Assembly: GCA_963675665.1 (NCBI GenBank)
Contig: OY776510.1
Location: 2,784,001-2,848,000, forward strand
Origin: Spirochaetia bacterium
GTDB taxonomy: Bacteria; Spirochaetota; Spirochaetia; UBA9216
Direction of reading: 5' to 3'
DNA length: 64,000 bases
Numbering within the stretch: position 1 is the first letter of the stretch; each line of letters begins with the position of its first letter. Below are positions 11,117 to 21,480 of the stretch, piece by piece. The translations under genes were made by a program, and so were the position numbers. A model generated the notes under the pieces. It saw only the letters and a program-made list of their open reading frames with translations, was not told where the DNA came from and ran no database searches.

Positions 11117-12424
11117 ATGAAAGCAAATGAGTTTGATGTAACACAATTTTTAGACAGATATCATATTAGTTTGAATAATTACAATTTCAACAAAATCCTT
11201 GAAGAATACATAGATGAAATGCAGAAGGGGCTGGACGGTGAATCCTCAATCCCTATGCTTCCGACATATATTGAAGAGAAGGGTGAGATCCCTGCAGGAA
11301 AGCCGGTTCTTGTTCTTGATGCAGGAGGAACGAATTTCCGGGCTGCAATTGTCGAGTTTTCCGAAAGTAACAAGGCTGTAATAAGCAATTATCGAAAAAG
11401 AAAAATGCCGGGGCTTGAAAAGGAACTTGGTCGTGAAGAATTCTTTGATGCCATTGCGGATTTTGCTGCTGATCTTGCTGCTGATGTAGACCGGATAGGT
11501 TTCTGTTTTTCGTATCCGATGATAAAGACCTATGATAAAGACGGCAGGCTTATGAAATTCAGCAAGGAGATTAAGGCCCCGGAGGTAGAAGGCGAACTTA
11601 TCGGCGCCGGCGTTTTGGCAGCGCTGCGAAAGCGGAATATTAAAAATATTAAAAAAATAGTACTGCTGAATGATACGATTGCAACCCTGCTTGCGGGCAA
11701 GACTGCCGGAGATTCCGGTGTTTACGGAGCGTATATAGGATTAATTCTGGGAACAGGCGTGAATGCAAGTTATAATGAATCAAATTCCTGTATCGGCAAG
11801 GTGGACAATCTTCCCGGAAACGGGTATCAGCTGATAAATATGGAAGCCGGATCATGCGCTGTTTTCCCGTCCGGCAATATAGATGAGAAATTTCGCTCCG
11901 AAACTGCAAATCCCGAAGCATATAAATTTGAGAAAATGGTTTCTGGCGGTTATCTGGGGGCGTTGTGGATAACGGTTCTGAAAAGTGCGGCGGAAAACAG
12001 CGCTTTTTCCGAACAGTTCGGTGATGCGCTTAATGAGAATTATAAAGACGGTCAGGGTTATGATGCGTCCGTACTCAGCAAGTTTCTTGCTGAAGGGGTT
12101 TTGCCGGAGCCGCTGGCTGTCCCGGCGACGAAACCGGACACGGAGATTGTCCGGAAACTCAGCGAAGCAGTAGTAAGCAGAGCGGCATATCTTGCCGCAA
12201 TAATGCTTGCCGGGATAATCCGGAAATCCGCCGCCGCCTGCAGGTCGGACAAGCCTGTCTGCATTTGTGCAGACGGTTCCACCTTCTGGAAGCTGCATGG
12301 TCTTAAAGAGCAGATAGAAGAAAATTTACAGAAGTTTTCGGAACAATCGGGGCTGAAATATAAAATAACGGGAATAGATGATGCTCCGATAATAGGCGCC
12401 GCCGTGGCCGGGCTGACAAACTGA
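11117..12424 (+). CDS. Hexokinase (eukaryote-like family)
   Basis: Motifs PMLPTY, LDAGGTNFR, GFCFSYP, LLNDT, ILGTGVNA and FEKMVSGGYLG. Confidence 0.9.
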   Translation: MKANEFDVTQFLDRYHISLNNYNFNKILEEYIDEMQKGLDGESSIPMLPTYIEEKGEIPAGKPVLVLDAGGTNFRAAIVEFSESNKAVISNYRKRKMPGLEKELGREEFFDAIADFAADLAADVDRIGFCFSYPMIKTYDKDGRLMKFSKEIKAPEVEGELIGAGVLAALRKRNIKNIKKIVLLNDTIATLLAGKTAGDSGVYGAYIGLILGTGVNASYNESNSCIGKVDNLPGNGYQLINMEAGSCAVFPSGNIDEKFRSETANPEAYKFEKMVSGGYLGALWITVLKSAAENSAFSEQFGDALNENYKDGQGYDASVLSKFLAEGVLPEPLAVPATKPDTEIVRKLSEAVVSRAAYLAAIMLAGIIRKSAAACRSDKPVCICADGSTFWKLHGLKEQIEENLQKFSEQSGLKYKITGIDDAPIIGAAVAGLTN

Positions 12425-12440
12425 TTTAAACGAGGCTGTT

Positions 12441-14513
12441 TTATTTAACCAACAGGGGAATAGGGGTGGCTATTTCATACCCCTGTGCAAAATCGATGCC
12501 GAATTCTTTCAGCATCTCAATTATTCTGGCATTACAGACGAACTCAGCTATAGTTTTCTTTCCCATGATATGGCCCATCGTGTTGATTGCCTCAACCATA
12601 GCCCTGTTTTCATCATCTTCGTGCATATTCTTGACGAACATGCCGTCTATTTTTAGATAATCGACAGGAAGGTTTTTCAGATAATTGAACGATGAAAAAC
12701 CGCTTCCGAAATCATCAAGCGCAAAGGTGCATCCTGTCTGTTTAAGATCATTTATAAATTCGTGTGCGGACGACATATTGCTGATTGTAGCGGTTTCCGT
12801 TATCTCAAAGCAGACTGCTTCAGGTGAAATCCCGGAGGTTCTGAATGAGTTTTTAATGAATTCAAGAATACTGTCGTCCGAAATTGACTGGGCTGAAAGG
12901 TTAACTGATATTTCACGAATATGGTTAAGTTTTCCCTTCGCTTTGTTTTCCTGATACAGACGGATGGAATTCGAAATTACCCATCGGTCAATCTGGGGCA
13001 TCATGTTATACCGCTCGGCTGCCGGAATAAAATCGGCGGGCATTACCAGATTGCCTTTCTCATCCTTCATTCTTATCAGAATTTCACCCTTGCTGTAGGA
13101 AGAGTCTGTTTCTTTCAAGGGTTTGATTTCCTGAATATAGAGTTCAAACTGGTTTGAATCAAGGGCTTTCGAGAGTTTGCTTACCCATTCCATCTCGCCG
13201 CGCCGCTGCTGAAACTGGTTGCCTTTTCTGTCATAAAGTTTAATCCGGTTCCCGCCTTCTTCCTTGGCAACAAGGCATGCGTCATCAGCCTCGGCAAGGG
13301 CCTCTGATACGCTCTCTGAAGAATCATCGAGAAAAGTAATACCGATACTTGCGTCAAACGGAAAGACCTTCCCGTCCCATTTGAGTTTTTTGTTATGGAA
13401 TTGGGAATGAAGGTCTTTAATTTTTTCGAGTGCTTCCTTCCTGTTTTCGGTTCGTATAATAAGTCCGAACTGATCTCCTCCGAGCCGGGCGCTGTGATTG
13501 GTGTCTGAAGAAAAAGCCTTGATGATTGATGCAATTTCCACAAGCATGGTATCGGCGGTTGTATGGCCGCAGGTATCGTTAATTATCTTGAATCTGTCTA
13601 TATCAATGTATGCCAGCGCGGAACACTCCTTGCCGGTTGAAGGTTTTTCCAGTATCTGCTCAAGCTGAACAGAAAAGATTTCCCGGTTGGAAAGACCGGT
13701 CAGTTTGTCGTGGCTGGTATGATATTCCACTGCTTCGGAAAGTTTACCGACTGTCGTCATATCCCTGATTGCCAGAACAAGTCCTTCAAAATTGCCGGTT
13801 TTATCTGTTATCGAAGCAAGGCTTCCTTCAACCTGCAGTTTTTCACCGAATCTGTTGGCAAGATAGCAATTTTTAAAGGTGAAAGGTCTTTTCCTGATGA
13901 GAGAGTCGTCTCCCTGGGGCAGTACAAGTTGTGCATGGTTCGGATCACGCATGTCTTCAAGGGTTATTATATCCGAAATGTGTTTTCCAAGAAGATCCTG
14001 CTGAACCCACCCGACGATTTTTTCAGCAATCGGATTCAGTAGAATAATCCTGTCATCGGTATCAGTTGCAATGATGCCGTCACCGATGGAATGCAGAATG
14101 GCTGTTGACCAGCGCTGCTGGCGTTTAAGTTCCTGATCAACCCGGTATTTATAAAGGGAGATATCAATTGTTGTATAAAGTTCTTTGTCTTTGAAAGGTT
14201 TCAGGATATAACCGGAGGGTTCGGCAATCTTGGCACGCTCAAGTGTCTTTTCATCCGAGTATGCAGTAAGAAAAATGACCGGTATGGCATATTCATTTTT
14301 TATTATGGTGGCAGTTTCTATGCCGTCGATATCGCCGACAAGCATGATGTCCATTAAAATAATGTCCGGAGAATGCTGTTTGACTAGTTCGAGGGCCTGT
14401 GCTCCTGCTGCCGCTATAGCAACGACGGTGTAACCGAATCTTTCAAGTCTTCGCTGGAGATCAATTGCTATAATACGCTCATCTTCTACGACTAAAATTT
14501 TCTCATTTTTCAT
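12441..14513 (-). CDS. REC-PAS-GGDEF-EAL protein (likely c-di-GMP phosphodiesterase)
   Basis: Receiver domain (ILVVEDE, MDIML, KP), a PAS domain, degenerate GGDQF, and an EAL domain with EILIR and ALDDFGSG. Start is ATG 14513 or TTG 14528. Confidence 0.9.
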   Translation of the reverse strand: MKNEKILVVEDERIIAIDLQRRLERFGYTVVAIAAAGAQALELVKQHSPDIILMDIMLVGDIDGIETATIIKNEYAIPVIFLTAYSDEKTLERAKIAEPSGYILKPFKDKELYTTIDISLYKYRVDQELKRQQRWSTAILHSIGDGIIATDTDDRIILLNPIAEKIVGWVQQDLLGKHISDIITLEDMRDPNHAQLVLPQGDDSLIRKRPFTFKNCYLANRFGEKLQVEGSLASITDKTGNFEGLVLAIRDMTTVGKLSEAVEYHTSHDKLTGLSNREIFSVQLEQILEKPSTGKECSALAYIDIDRFKIINDTCGHTTADTMLVEIASIIKAFSSDTNHSARLGGDQFGLIIRTENRKEALEKIKDLHSQFHNKKLKWDGKVFPFDASIGITFLDDSSESVSEALAEADDACLVAKEEGGNRIKLYDRKGNQFQQRRGEMEWVSKLSKALDSNQFELYIQEIKPLKETDSSYSKGEILIRMKDEKGNLVMPADFIPAAERYNMMPQIDRWVISNSIRLYQENKAKGKLNHIREISVNLSAQSISDDSILEFIKNSFRTSGISPEAVCFEITETATISNMSSAHEFINDLKQTGCTFALDDFGSGFSSFNYLKNLPVDYLKIDGMFVKNMHEDDENRAMVEAINTMGHIMGKKTIAEFVCNARIIEMLKEFGIDFAQGYEIATPIPLLVK

Positions 14514-14582
14514 ACGTTGCCATTCCAAACCTAATGATATAAACTTTAAGTTGAAAAAGCAACAAAGTTTTCAGGATTTTTT

Positions 14583-15719
14583 ATGAACGGTCTATTTTTC
14601 GAGAATAAGATTCCGAATTCGGATTTAACTGCAAGGAAAACGGCAAGAAGCCGTGACCTTCGCTCTTCATACTTTCGGGACACCACCGCAATCATTCACA
14701 GTTATCCTTTCAGGAGGCTGAAGCACAAAACGCAGGTTTTCTTCTCTCCTCATAATGATCATATCTGTACCCGTATTGAGCATGTGATGCATGTAGCTTC
14801 TATTGCCGCGACTATCTGCAGGGCGCTTGATCTGGATGCAGACCTTGCCTGGGCAATAGGGCTTGGACATGATCTGGGACATACGCCCTTCGGTCATGTC
14901 GGCGAAACAATCTTGTCTTCAATGATGAAAGAGCAGGGCGGGTTCAAGCATGAGATATATTCCCTCAGGGTTGTGGATTACCTGGCAAATTACGGCAAGG
15001 GTCTTAATCTGACCTATGCTGTGCGTGACGGCATTCTCAATCACTGCGGTGAGAAATTCGAGCAGTCTATTGTTCCCGACCCGGAATTGAAGAACCTGTC
15101 CGGGATAACCACAAGAGAATATTATCCGGCAACATGGGAAGGCGTTGTAGTACGTGTTTCCGACAAGATTGCCTATATGGGACGCGATCTTGAAGATGCG
15201 CTTCAGCTAAAAATTATCAGCCGTGACGAACTGCCAGAAAATATTATCAGGGTATTGGGCAGCAGTAACAGTGAAATTATAAATACAATGGTGAACGACC
15301 TTATAACGACATCACTTGAAACAGGACGTATAGGATTCTCCGATGATGTTTTCAGCATGATGATAGCCCTTAAGGACTTTAACTACAGCAGAATATACAA
15401 GAACCCTATGCTTTCGTCATACCATCGCTATTTTGAAAGGGTGCTGACAACACTCTATAATTATCTTGATGATCTTTTCAGGACCGGCGGAGATGATGTC
15501 TCCGTTTACATGTCTGAAAATAATTTTCTTGCCGCCAGGTTTTGTGATTATTACCAGAAGATGAAACATTTCTACAATGAAGTTGACGGCGGTTATGATA
15601 TGATGATTTATGATTATATTGCCGGTATGACCGACAAGTATGCACTCAGCTGTGTAAACGAGGTAATGATTCCCAGAAAATTTGAATATCAGTTTAACGA
15701 GATTTTTCTTGATAATTGA
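14583..15719 (+). CDS. dgt: dGTP triphosphohydrolase-family HD protein
   Basis: Motifs FRRLKHKTQVF, TRIEH, GHDLGHTPFGHVGE and DYIAGMTD. Confidence 0.88.
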   Translation: MNGLFFENKIPNSDLTARKTARSRDLRSSYFRDTTAIIHSYPFRRLKHKTQVFFSPHNDHICTRIEHVMHVASIAATICRALDLDADLAWAIGLGHDLGHTPFGHVGETILSSMMKEQGGFKHEIYSLRVVDYLANYGKGLNLTYAVRDGILNHCGEKFEQSIVPDPELKNLSGITTREYYPATWEGVVVRVSDKIAYMGRDLEDALQLKIISRDELPENIIRVLGSSNSEIINTMVNDLITTSLETGRIGFSDDVFSMMIALKDFNYSRIYKNPMLSSYHRYFERVLTTLYNYLDDLFRTGGDDVSVYMSENNFLAARFCDYYQKMKHFYNEVDGGYDMMIYDYIAGMTDKYALSCVNEVMIPRKFEYQFNEIFLDN

Positions 15720-15746
15720 GGCTCTTTAAAACTCGTTCAGTAGTTT

Positions 15747-16448
15747 CTAATTATTATACCTGAGTTCGCAGGAGATTCCCTGTTTCTCAAACAGGTCTTT
15801 CATCTCTTCAAGAAGAGCAGGCGGCGGCGCGGGAAGCTCTGAAAAAGCGGGATCATAGGTGATTCCGGGTCTGAAGCCCTGCAGAACGAATTTTTTCTCT
15901 CCTTCGATCATGCCGATTATTTCTTTTATCACATCAATATCCACAAATCCCGGAACTACGGTTGTTCTAAAGTGATGCGGAATTCCCGACTCCTTGATAA
16001 TACGTATCGATTCGGTAATTCTTCCGCCTATCTCTGAATTATCCCCTGTAAATCCCAGCCTGGAGTATTTATTAAGTGAAGTCTTTATATCCATTGCAAT
16101 ATAGTCTGCTTTCATTGTCCGCAGTTTTTCAGGCAGCGCGCCGTTTGTATCGAGCTTTACGGCCAGGCCCAGGCTGTGTATATCATGTATTCTGTCCGGC
16201 AGATCATCATGAAGAAGCGGTTCGCCCCCTGTGATGCATACCCCGCCGAGAAGGTGCGCCCGTTTCTGAAGGTAGTCCGTAATCCCGGTCCAGGTAAAAA
16301 GATCCGGAACTTTGGAATTTTCGATAAATTCGGGGTTGTGGCAGTACGGGCAGCGCATATTGCATCCCCGGGTGAAGATTGTTGAAGCAACCTTCCCGGG
16401 GAAATCAATCAGGGTAGTTTTATTCAGTCCGTAAAGCTTTTCAGCCAT
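15747..16448 (-). CDS. nrdG: Anaerobic RNR activating radical-SAM enzyme
   Basis: CNMRCPYCHNP radical-SAM motif, GGEP and DTNG. Located in the nrd operon. Confidence 0.92.
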   Translation of the reverse strand: MAEKLYGLNKTTLIDFPGKVASTIFTRGCNMRCPYCHNPEFIENSKVPDLFTWTGITDYLQKRAHLLGGVCITGGEPLLHDDLPDRIHDIHSLGLAVKLDTNGALPEKLRTMKADYIAMDIKTSLNKYSRLGFTGDNSEIGGRITESIRIIKESGIPHHFRTTVVPGFVDIDVIKEIIGMIEGEKKFVLQGFRPGITYDPAFSELPAPPPALLEEMKDLFEKQGISCELRYNN

Positions 16449-16454
16449 TGGAAA

Positions 16455-16985
16455 TTAAACCGGAACTTTGGAAAAAAGCGCATCAAGCGCATCGATGTTT
16501 GTTGCCCTGTACATCTCACGGCCTTCGTTGTCAAGAAAGATGACGGTGGGAGAAACAAAAATCTGATATGAAGCTGCAAGCGCAAAGCCTTCCTTTTTAT
16601 CGACATTTACAGCTTCACCGTTTAGATGCGAGTTATCAAGCCAGTTTCTTACCGGAGGACAATTAGGGCATGTTGTCCGGTAAAAATAAATATATTCGGC
16701 CGGGTCGCTTGTGCTGTCCGAAAGGATGGCCCGTTTGGGTTCAGGGGTATCGTTAAAGGTTGCAGTACTTACCGCAGATTCTGCAACCTCTCTGAGCGAA
16801 ACTTTACCGGGCTGGGTGAACAGCTTTCTTTTATTGTACTCGTCTCTCTTGCCCTTGTTCCAGTTTTTTACCGCACGGTAATAACCTACTATTCTTGTGT
16901 AAACTTCGGTTTCAGTTCCCTTTACCGATGTCATTCGTTCCCTGAGCTCTTTGATTTCGTTATCGATTGTTTCAACAGTTCTCAT
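16455..16985 (-). CDS. Stand-alone NrdD glycyl-radical domain fused to a glutaredoxin/NrdH-like CPNC domain
   Basis: TEVYTRIVGYYRAVKNWNKGKRDEY is the NrdD C-terminal Gly-radical loop. A linker is followed by YFYRTTCPNC...VSPTVIF (thioredoxin fold). Confidence 0.85.
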   Translation of the reverse strand: MRTVETIDNEIKELRERMTSVKGTETEVYTRIVGYYRAVKNWNKGKRDEYNKRKLFTQPGKVSLREVAESAVSTATFNDTPEPKRAILSDSTSDPAEYIYFYRTTCPNCPPVRNWLDNSHLNGEAVNVDKKEGFALAASYQIFVSPTVIFLDNEGREMYRATNIDALDALFSKVPV

Positions 16986-19090
16986 TAATTTTCTCCCAGT
17001 TTAATTTTTTCTTTTTCCAGTTTTTCTATTTGAGCTGCAATAGCAGCCTTTTCTTCATCGGCGCATTTTGGGCAGTTGAAATGTTCGCCGTTCAGATAGC
17101 CATGTTTCGGACAGACTGAAAAGGTCGGCGATATTGTAAAAAACGGCAAATGATAGTTCGATGCAATGGTTTTTACAAGGTTCATGCAGGATTCCCAGTC
17201 TTCTACAGCTTCGCCGAGGAAGCCGTGGAACATTGTTCCGCCGGTATACTTCACCTGCAGTTCGTCCTGCAGATCCAGGGCCTCAAAGATATCGGCCGTA
17301 AAATCAACAGGCAGCTGCGACGAGTTGGTATAAAACGGCGCGTCTGTGCCTGAAGTAATTATGTCGGGGTATTTGTCCCTGTCGTGTTTGGCCAGCCGGT
17401 AACTGGTGCTCTCTGCCGGAGATGCTTCAAGGTTGTAAAGATCTCCTGTTTTTTCCTGGTAATCAGCAAGGCGGTTCCTCATGAAATCCAGAACCTCAAG
17501 TGCAAAATCCCTTCCTTCGTCGGCGACAATGTCCTTGCCGAGGAAATTAAGAAGCGCTTCATTCATGCCGCAAATGCCGATTGTCGAAAAGTGATTATTC
17601 AGGTGGGAAAGATATCGTTTTGTATACGGAAACAGCCCTGCTTCCATCAGCCTGTTGATAACCTTGCGTTTGATCTGCAGCGATTCGGCGGCAAGGTCCA
17701 TCAGGTTGGCAAGCCTGCTGTAAAAATCCTGTTTCGAATTGGCAAGATAGCCTATTTTGGGCAGATTAAGCGTGACTACACCTATTGAACCGGTAAATTC
17801 ATCTGAACCGAACAGACCTCCGCCCCGTTTGCGAAGTTCCCGCTTGTCAAGCTGAAGTCTGCAGCACATTGAGCGCACGTCGTTCGGATCAAGATCGGAA
17901 TTAATGAAGTTCTGGAAATTCGGAGTGCCGTATTTTGCGGTCATTTCAAAAAGCAGTTTGGAATTCTGGGTAGTCCAGTTGAAATCGCGCGTGAGGTTGT
18001 AGGTAGGGATAGGGTACTGAAATCCACGGCCGTTTGCATCACCGGTGAGCATGAGTTCAATAAATGCCTTGTTTATGATGTCCATCTCTTCCTGGCAGTC
18101 GCCGTAAGTGAAATCAAGTTCTTTTCCGCCGACTATAGCTTTTTTATCCTCAAGATCATGCGGGACCGTCCAGTCGAGAGTAATATTGGTGAAAGGAGCC
18201 TGGCTTCCCCACCTTGATGGTGTGTTAACGCCGAATATAAAACTTTGCAGCCCCTGTTTGACTTCCTTGAAGGAAAGCTGATCGGATTTTACAAAGGGTG
18301 CAAGGTATGTGTCGAAGCTCGACAGCGCCTGAGCGCCCGCCCATTCATTCTGCATTATGCCCAGAAAATTAACGATCTGCTGAATGAGGGTGGACAGATG
18401 GGCCGCAGGAAGCGAAGTGATTTTATCGGGCACGCCCCCCAGGCCTTCCTGGATAAGCTGCCTGAGCGACCAGCCTGCGCAATAGCCTGAAAACATGGAC
18501 AGGTCGTGAATATGGAAATCTGCATTCCTGTGTGCTTCGGATATTGCTTCGGAATAGATGTTCTTTAGCCAGTAGTTTGCCGTTATTGTCCCCGAGTTAT
18601 GAAGAATCAAGCCTCCCAGAGAGAAGTTGACGTTTGCATTCTCATTTACGCGCCAGTCGGACTGCTGAAGATAGCCGTCCATTGTTCCGTTAATATCAAG
18701 CATGAGTTTTTTCGTGTCACGCATTACCTCATGCCGGGCGCGGTAAATGATATATGCCTTGGCAATCTCAACTTCGCCTGATTCTATAAGTATCGATTCG
18801 ACAATATCCTGAATCTCTTCGATAGCGGGGGCCGAATTAGGGTGTCTCCCGCTCATGAATTCCGTCAGTGCGGTCTCTACCTTGACTGTTAAAGCCTCTA
18901 CAAGATCAAGATCTTCACTGTTTCTTGCTGCATGAATAGCCCGACCGATAGCGCTTGCAATTTTCCATCGATCGTATTTTTCAGTAGAACCGTCACGCTT
19001 AATTATCTGTCGTACGACGGATCTTTCAGCGGGCTTGTGTTCGACTCCCAGAAACTCTTTCCAGTCGTTGTCAGTCTGCCTGAAATCCAC
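16985..19090 (-). CDS. nrdD: Class III anaerobic ribonucleoside-triphosphate reductase, large part (ATP-cone, barrel and Zn site; lacks the Gly-radical loop)
   Basis: ATP-cone IIKRDG, HIHDL, YCAGW, finger loop SMCCRL, NLEASPAES and CPKH..CPKC. Ends in a helical tail with no RxxGY motif. Confidence 0.95.
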   Translation of the reverse strand: MDFRQTDNDWKEFLGVEHKPAERSVVRQIIKRDGSTEKYDRWKIASAIGRAIHAARNSEDLDLVEALTVKVETALTEFMSGRHPNSAPAIEEIQDIVESILIESGEVEIAKAYIIYRARHEVMRDTKKLMLDINGTMDGYLQQSDWRVNENANVNFSLGGLILHNSGTITANYWLKNIYSEAISEAHRNADFHIHDLSMFSGYCAGWSLRQLIQEGLGGVPDKITSLPAAHLSTLIQQIVNFLGIMQNEWAGAQALSSFDTYLAPFVKSDQLSFKEVKQGLQSFIFGVNTPSRWGSQAPFTNITLDWTVPHDLEDKKAIVGGKELDFTYGDCQEEMDIINKAFIELMLTGDANGRGFQYPIPTYNLTRDFNWTTQNSKLLFEMTAKYGTPNFQNFINSDLDPNDVRSMCCRLQLDKRELRKRGGGLFGSDEFTGSIGVVTLNLPKIGYLANSKQDFYSRLANLMDLAAESLQIKRKVINRLMEAGLFPYTKRYLSHLNNHFSTIGICGMNEALLNFLGKDIVADEGRDFALEVLDFMRNRLADYQEKTGDLYNLEASPAESTSYRLAKHDRDKYPDIITSGTDAPFYTNSSQLPVDFTADIFEALDLQDELQVKYTGGTMFHGFLGEAVEDWESCMNLVKTIASNYHLPFFTISPTFSVCPKHGYLNGEHFNCPKCADEEKAAIAAQIEKLEKEKIKLGEN

Positions 19091-19113
19091 AGATACCTCC
19101 CAGTATGTTTTTA

Positions 19114-19566
19114 TTATTTAAGCTTTTTAATCTCATCAATGAATTCCTGTACATCGCCGTAAGAACGATAGACTGATGCAAAACGAATATACGCCACACT
19201 GTCTATCCTGTAAAGTTTTTCAAGTACAATCTCACCGAGCTCTGCAGCCAAGATTTCATGTGTACTCTTTCCAATCATATAAGCCTGATCCTCGATATCT
19301 GCAAGAATTTCGCTGACTGTTTCGGCGGAAACAGGTCTTTTTTCAAGCGAACGCTCAAGCCCCCTCGAAATCTTGGTAATATCGAAAACTTCCCTGATGC
19401 CGCTGCGTTTTACAACCATCAGAGGGCGTTCTTCAATCCTCTCATAAGAAGTAAATCTGTATGAGCAGGCGCAGCATTCACGTCTTCTTCTGATTGAGGT
19501 TCCTGACGATGATTGTCTGGATTCTATAACTTTATCGTTATCTTCTCCGCACCGCGGGCATCTCAT
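19114..19566 (-). CDS. nrdR: Transcriptional repressor NrdR
   Basis: MRCPRC...RRRRECCAC.YRFTSYE, an ATP-cone and VAYIRFASVY. Confidence 0.97.
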   Translation of the reverse strand: MRCPRCGEDNDKVIESRQSSSGTSIRRRRECCACSYRFTSYERIEERPLMVVKRSGIREVFDITKISRGLERSLEKRPVSAETVSEILADIEDQAYMIGKSTHEILAAELGEIVLEKLYRIDSVAYIRFASVYRSYGDVQEFIDEIKKLK

Positions 19567-19602
19567 TTAATTAATCCTCTATTTTTATAATCGGATAAAA
19601 CA

Positions 19603-19661
19603 GCTCTACATATAGTGTTTTTAGACGATATGTTGACATTTTACCACGCAATATATGGTGT
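19603..19661. promoter_or_regulatory. Tandem NrdR boxes
   Basis: GCTCTACATATAGTGT (19603-19618) and ACGCAATATATGGTGT (19646-19661) match the consensus acaCwAtATaTwGtgt. A weaker AGACGATATGTTGACA (19623-19638) lies between them. Confidence 0.8.
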
Positions 19662-19821
19662 GGCAATGATCAGGGACGTAAAAAATCCAAAAAACGGAAA
19701 AATAAATTCGGGGTCGAAGGCGAATACAAAAAGGATAACCTTTTAATTATTGCACATCGCTGCGGGGATTTCAGGAAAAAAGAAAAAAGTTTTTAAAAAA
19801 ATTATTCAGCTTTTATTTCGG

Positions 19822-21438
19822 TCAAACAAGGGCTTTCGCCGAGCTCTCAAAGGCGGTGGAAGCAGGTCTGAACGGAAAACCGACAACAATTCCAAGGCCG
19901 CTGTTTATTGAATTATGAAGAAAGGTTGAAAGAAGTTTCAGATAAACATCCTTCTGAATTCCTTCGGCATTGTTAAAAAGAAGGCCTGCAATATTGAATG
20001 TTTCAACGACTGCGGCAATCTGCCTGAGCACAACAGGAAATAGAACGTCTATAAGTCTGAGATATTCCTTTTTATATGATGATTCCTCTTTTACCAGCTG
20101 AAGAATCTGGCTGTGCTTGTCGCGGATCTCTTCGCCGCGGTTGTTTGTTCTGACGGGTATAAATCCTTTAATGAGATCAGTAACGGTTTTTGATGAAAAT
20201 AATTTATAAAGCGAAAAGTCGAACAGAAGCAGCCCGGCAGTGCTTTTTATATATGTATTGTGATTGTTGCGTTCAGAGTGCAGGACCTCCAGCAGTCTGC
20301 TCAGGCGCTTATCAACCGCCTTAAGGCTTGTGGAGTCCGGGTTGGAAAAGAACAGTCTTGTAGAGTTACTCTGATCATCTACAGCAATTTTAAGCTGCGC
20401 TGAAGTTTTTATAAGTTCGGACATCAGTGCGTCTGCATGGAGCGATTCAATAAGCGCGGTAATCCTCTTTTTTTCTTCGTCCGAAAAGACATTCAGACCG
20501 CCGTTGACGATTTCGCTGAAATAATTTTCGGAACTGCGAAGAGTATTCGTATTCATGATAATGAAAATATATTCCGACAGTTTTCTGAAGGTGGTTTCAA
20601 TATCCCTGATATACGGATTGAGGTGGAGATAATGCCTTATCAGGCTTCCGGAAGGGCCCGGCAGAGATGCTGAAAAAGACAATTCGTCAATACGCTGTTC
20701 GATAAGAAAATCGAGTCTTTCACTCATTTGCGCAAGGATATTTACAGTTAAAGACGGATTGCTCTGAAGCAAATCCATAGCCGGATCATTCGGAATATAG
20801 GCAGCATCAGTCATACTTATTCGGGAAAAATCAAATTTATCTTCATCCGGGACGTTTTTATTATAGTTTCCCGGAAGATCATGGGGATCAAAGCCGGCTG
20901 TTGTTATTCCGGCGTATTTATTATGCCAGAGAAGATACTCAAGCTCGTTTCCACTGCTGTGGGCCTGTTTTATATAGTAACCTGAGGCGGTGTGCGAGGT
21001 GGGTTCATCGTTTGTAACAATAACAAGTTTCCCCGTATATTGCAGAAAAACAAGGTTTTCCTCATAAAGGCTGCCGGCCGGAAGATCCAGAATCAGTTTA
21101 TCGTATTCCGTTTCAAGTTCCGGGCTGAATTTAACAAGTTTTTCGTAAGAACCTGATTCCCTGTTTTCAAGAATTGAATCGGGAAAGATTAAATCCAGAT
21201 TCGGAAGGACACGTATCCGGTGCGAGTTAAAATCATCACTATCATCGGTTAATTCTGCGTTTCCCGCCTCGGTTATATCCAGAAGAGTGGCAATATCGGA
21301 AAGCGGATCAAGATCTATCAACCCGGTTTTAAGCCCGCTTCGGGCAAAGTAAACAGCAAGATTCACGCATGTTGTGGTTTTCCCGACGCCGCCCTTTCCA
21401 GAAGCAACAGCTATTGATTTGGTTTTAATAGAATCCAT
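19822..21438 (-). CDS. MinD/FlhG-family P-loop ATPase with a long extra domain
   Basis: Deviant Walker [17 protein letters not shown] and LDLPAG. Length 538 aa. Confidence 0.75.
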   Translation of the reverse strand: MDSIKTKSIAVASGKGGVGKTTTCVNLAVYFARSGLKTGLIDLDPLSDIATLLDITEAGNAELTDDSDDFNSHRIRVLPNLDLIFPDSILENRESGSYEKLVKFSPELETEYDKLILDLPAGSLYEENLVFLQYTGKLVIVTNDEPTSHTASGYYIKQAHSSGNELEYLLWHNKYAGITTAGFDPHDLPGNYNKNVPDEDKFDFSRISMTDAAYIPNDPAMDLLQSNPSLTVNILAQMSERLDFLIEQRIDELSFSASLPGPSGSLIRHYLHLNPYIRDIETTFRKLSEYIFIIMNTNTLRSSENYFSEIVNGGLNVFSDEEKKRITALIESLHADALMSELIKTSAQLKIAVDDQSNSTRLFFSNPDSTSLKAVDKRLSRLLEVLHSERNNHNTYIKSTAGLLLFDFSLYKLFSSKTVTDLIKGFIPVRTNNRGEEIRDKHSQILQLVKEESSYKKEYLRLIDVLFPVVLRQIAAVVETFNIAGLLFNNAEGIQKDVYLKLLSTFLHNSINSGLGIVVGFPFRPASTAFESSAKALV

Positions 21439-21480
21439 TATCCCCTCCGATGAAATTGAGTTCCGGACAGACCATAGTAA

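Noticed and set aside
14583-15719. dGTPase as an anti-phage gene
   Set aside because: It is the short housekeeping type next to the nrd operon, with no defence-island context.
16980-17045. nrdD split explained as a sequencing frameshift or pseudogene
   Set aside because: Both parts carry extra helical sequence not expected in a fused NrdD. The junction is a TAATG coupling with an SD-like GGGAG upstream, and all motifs are intact. Read-level confirmation is still needed.
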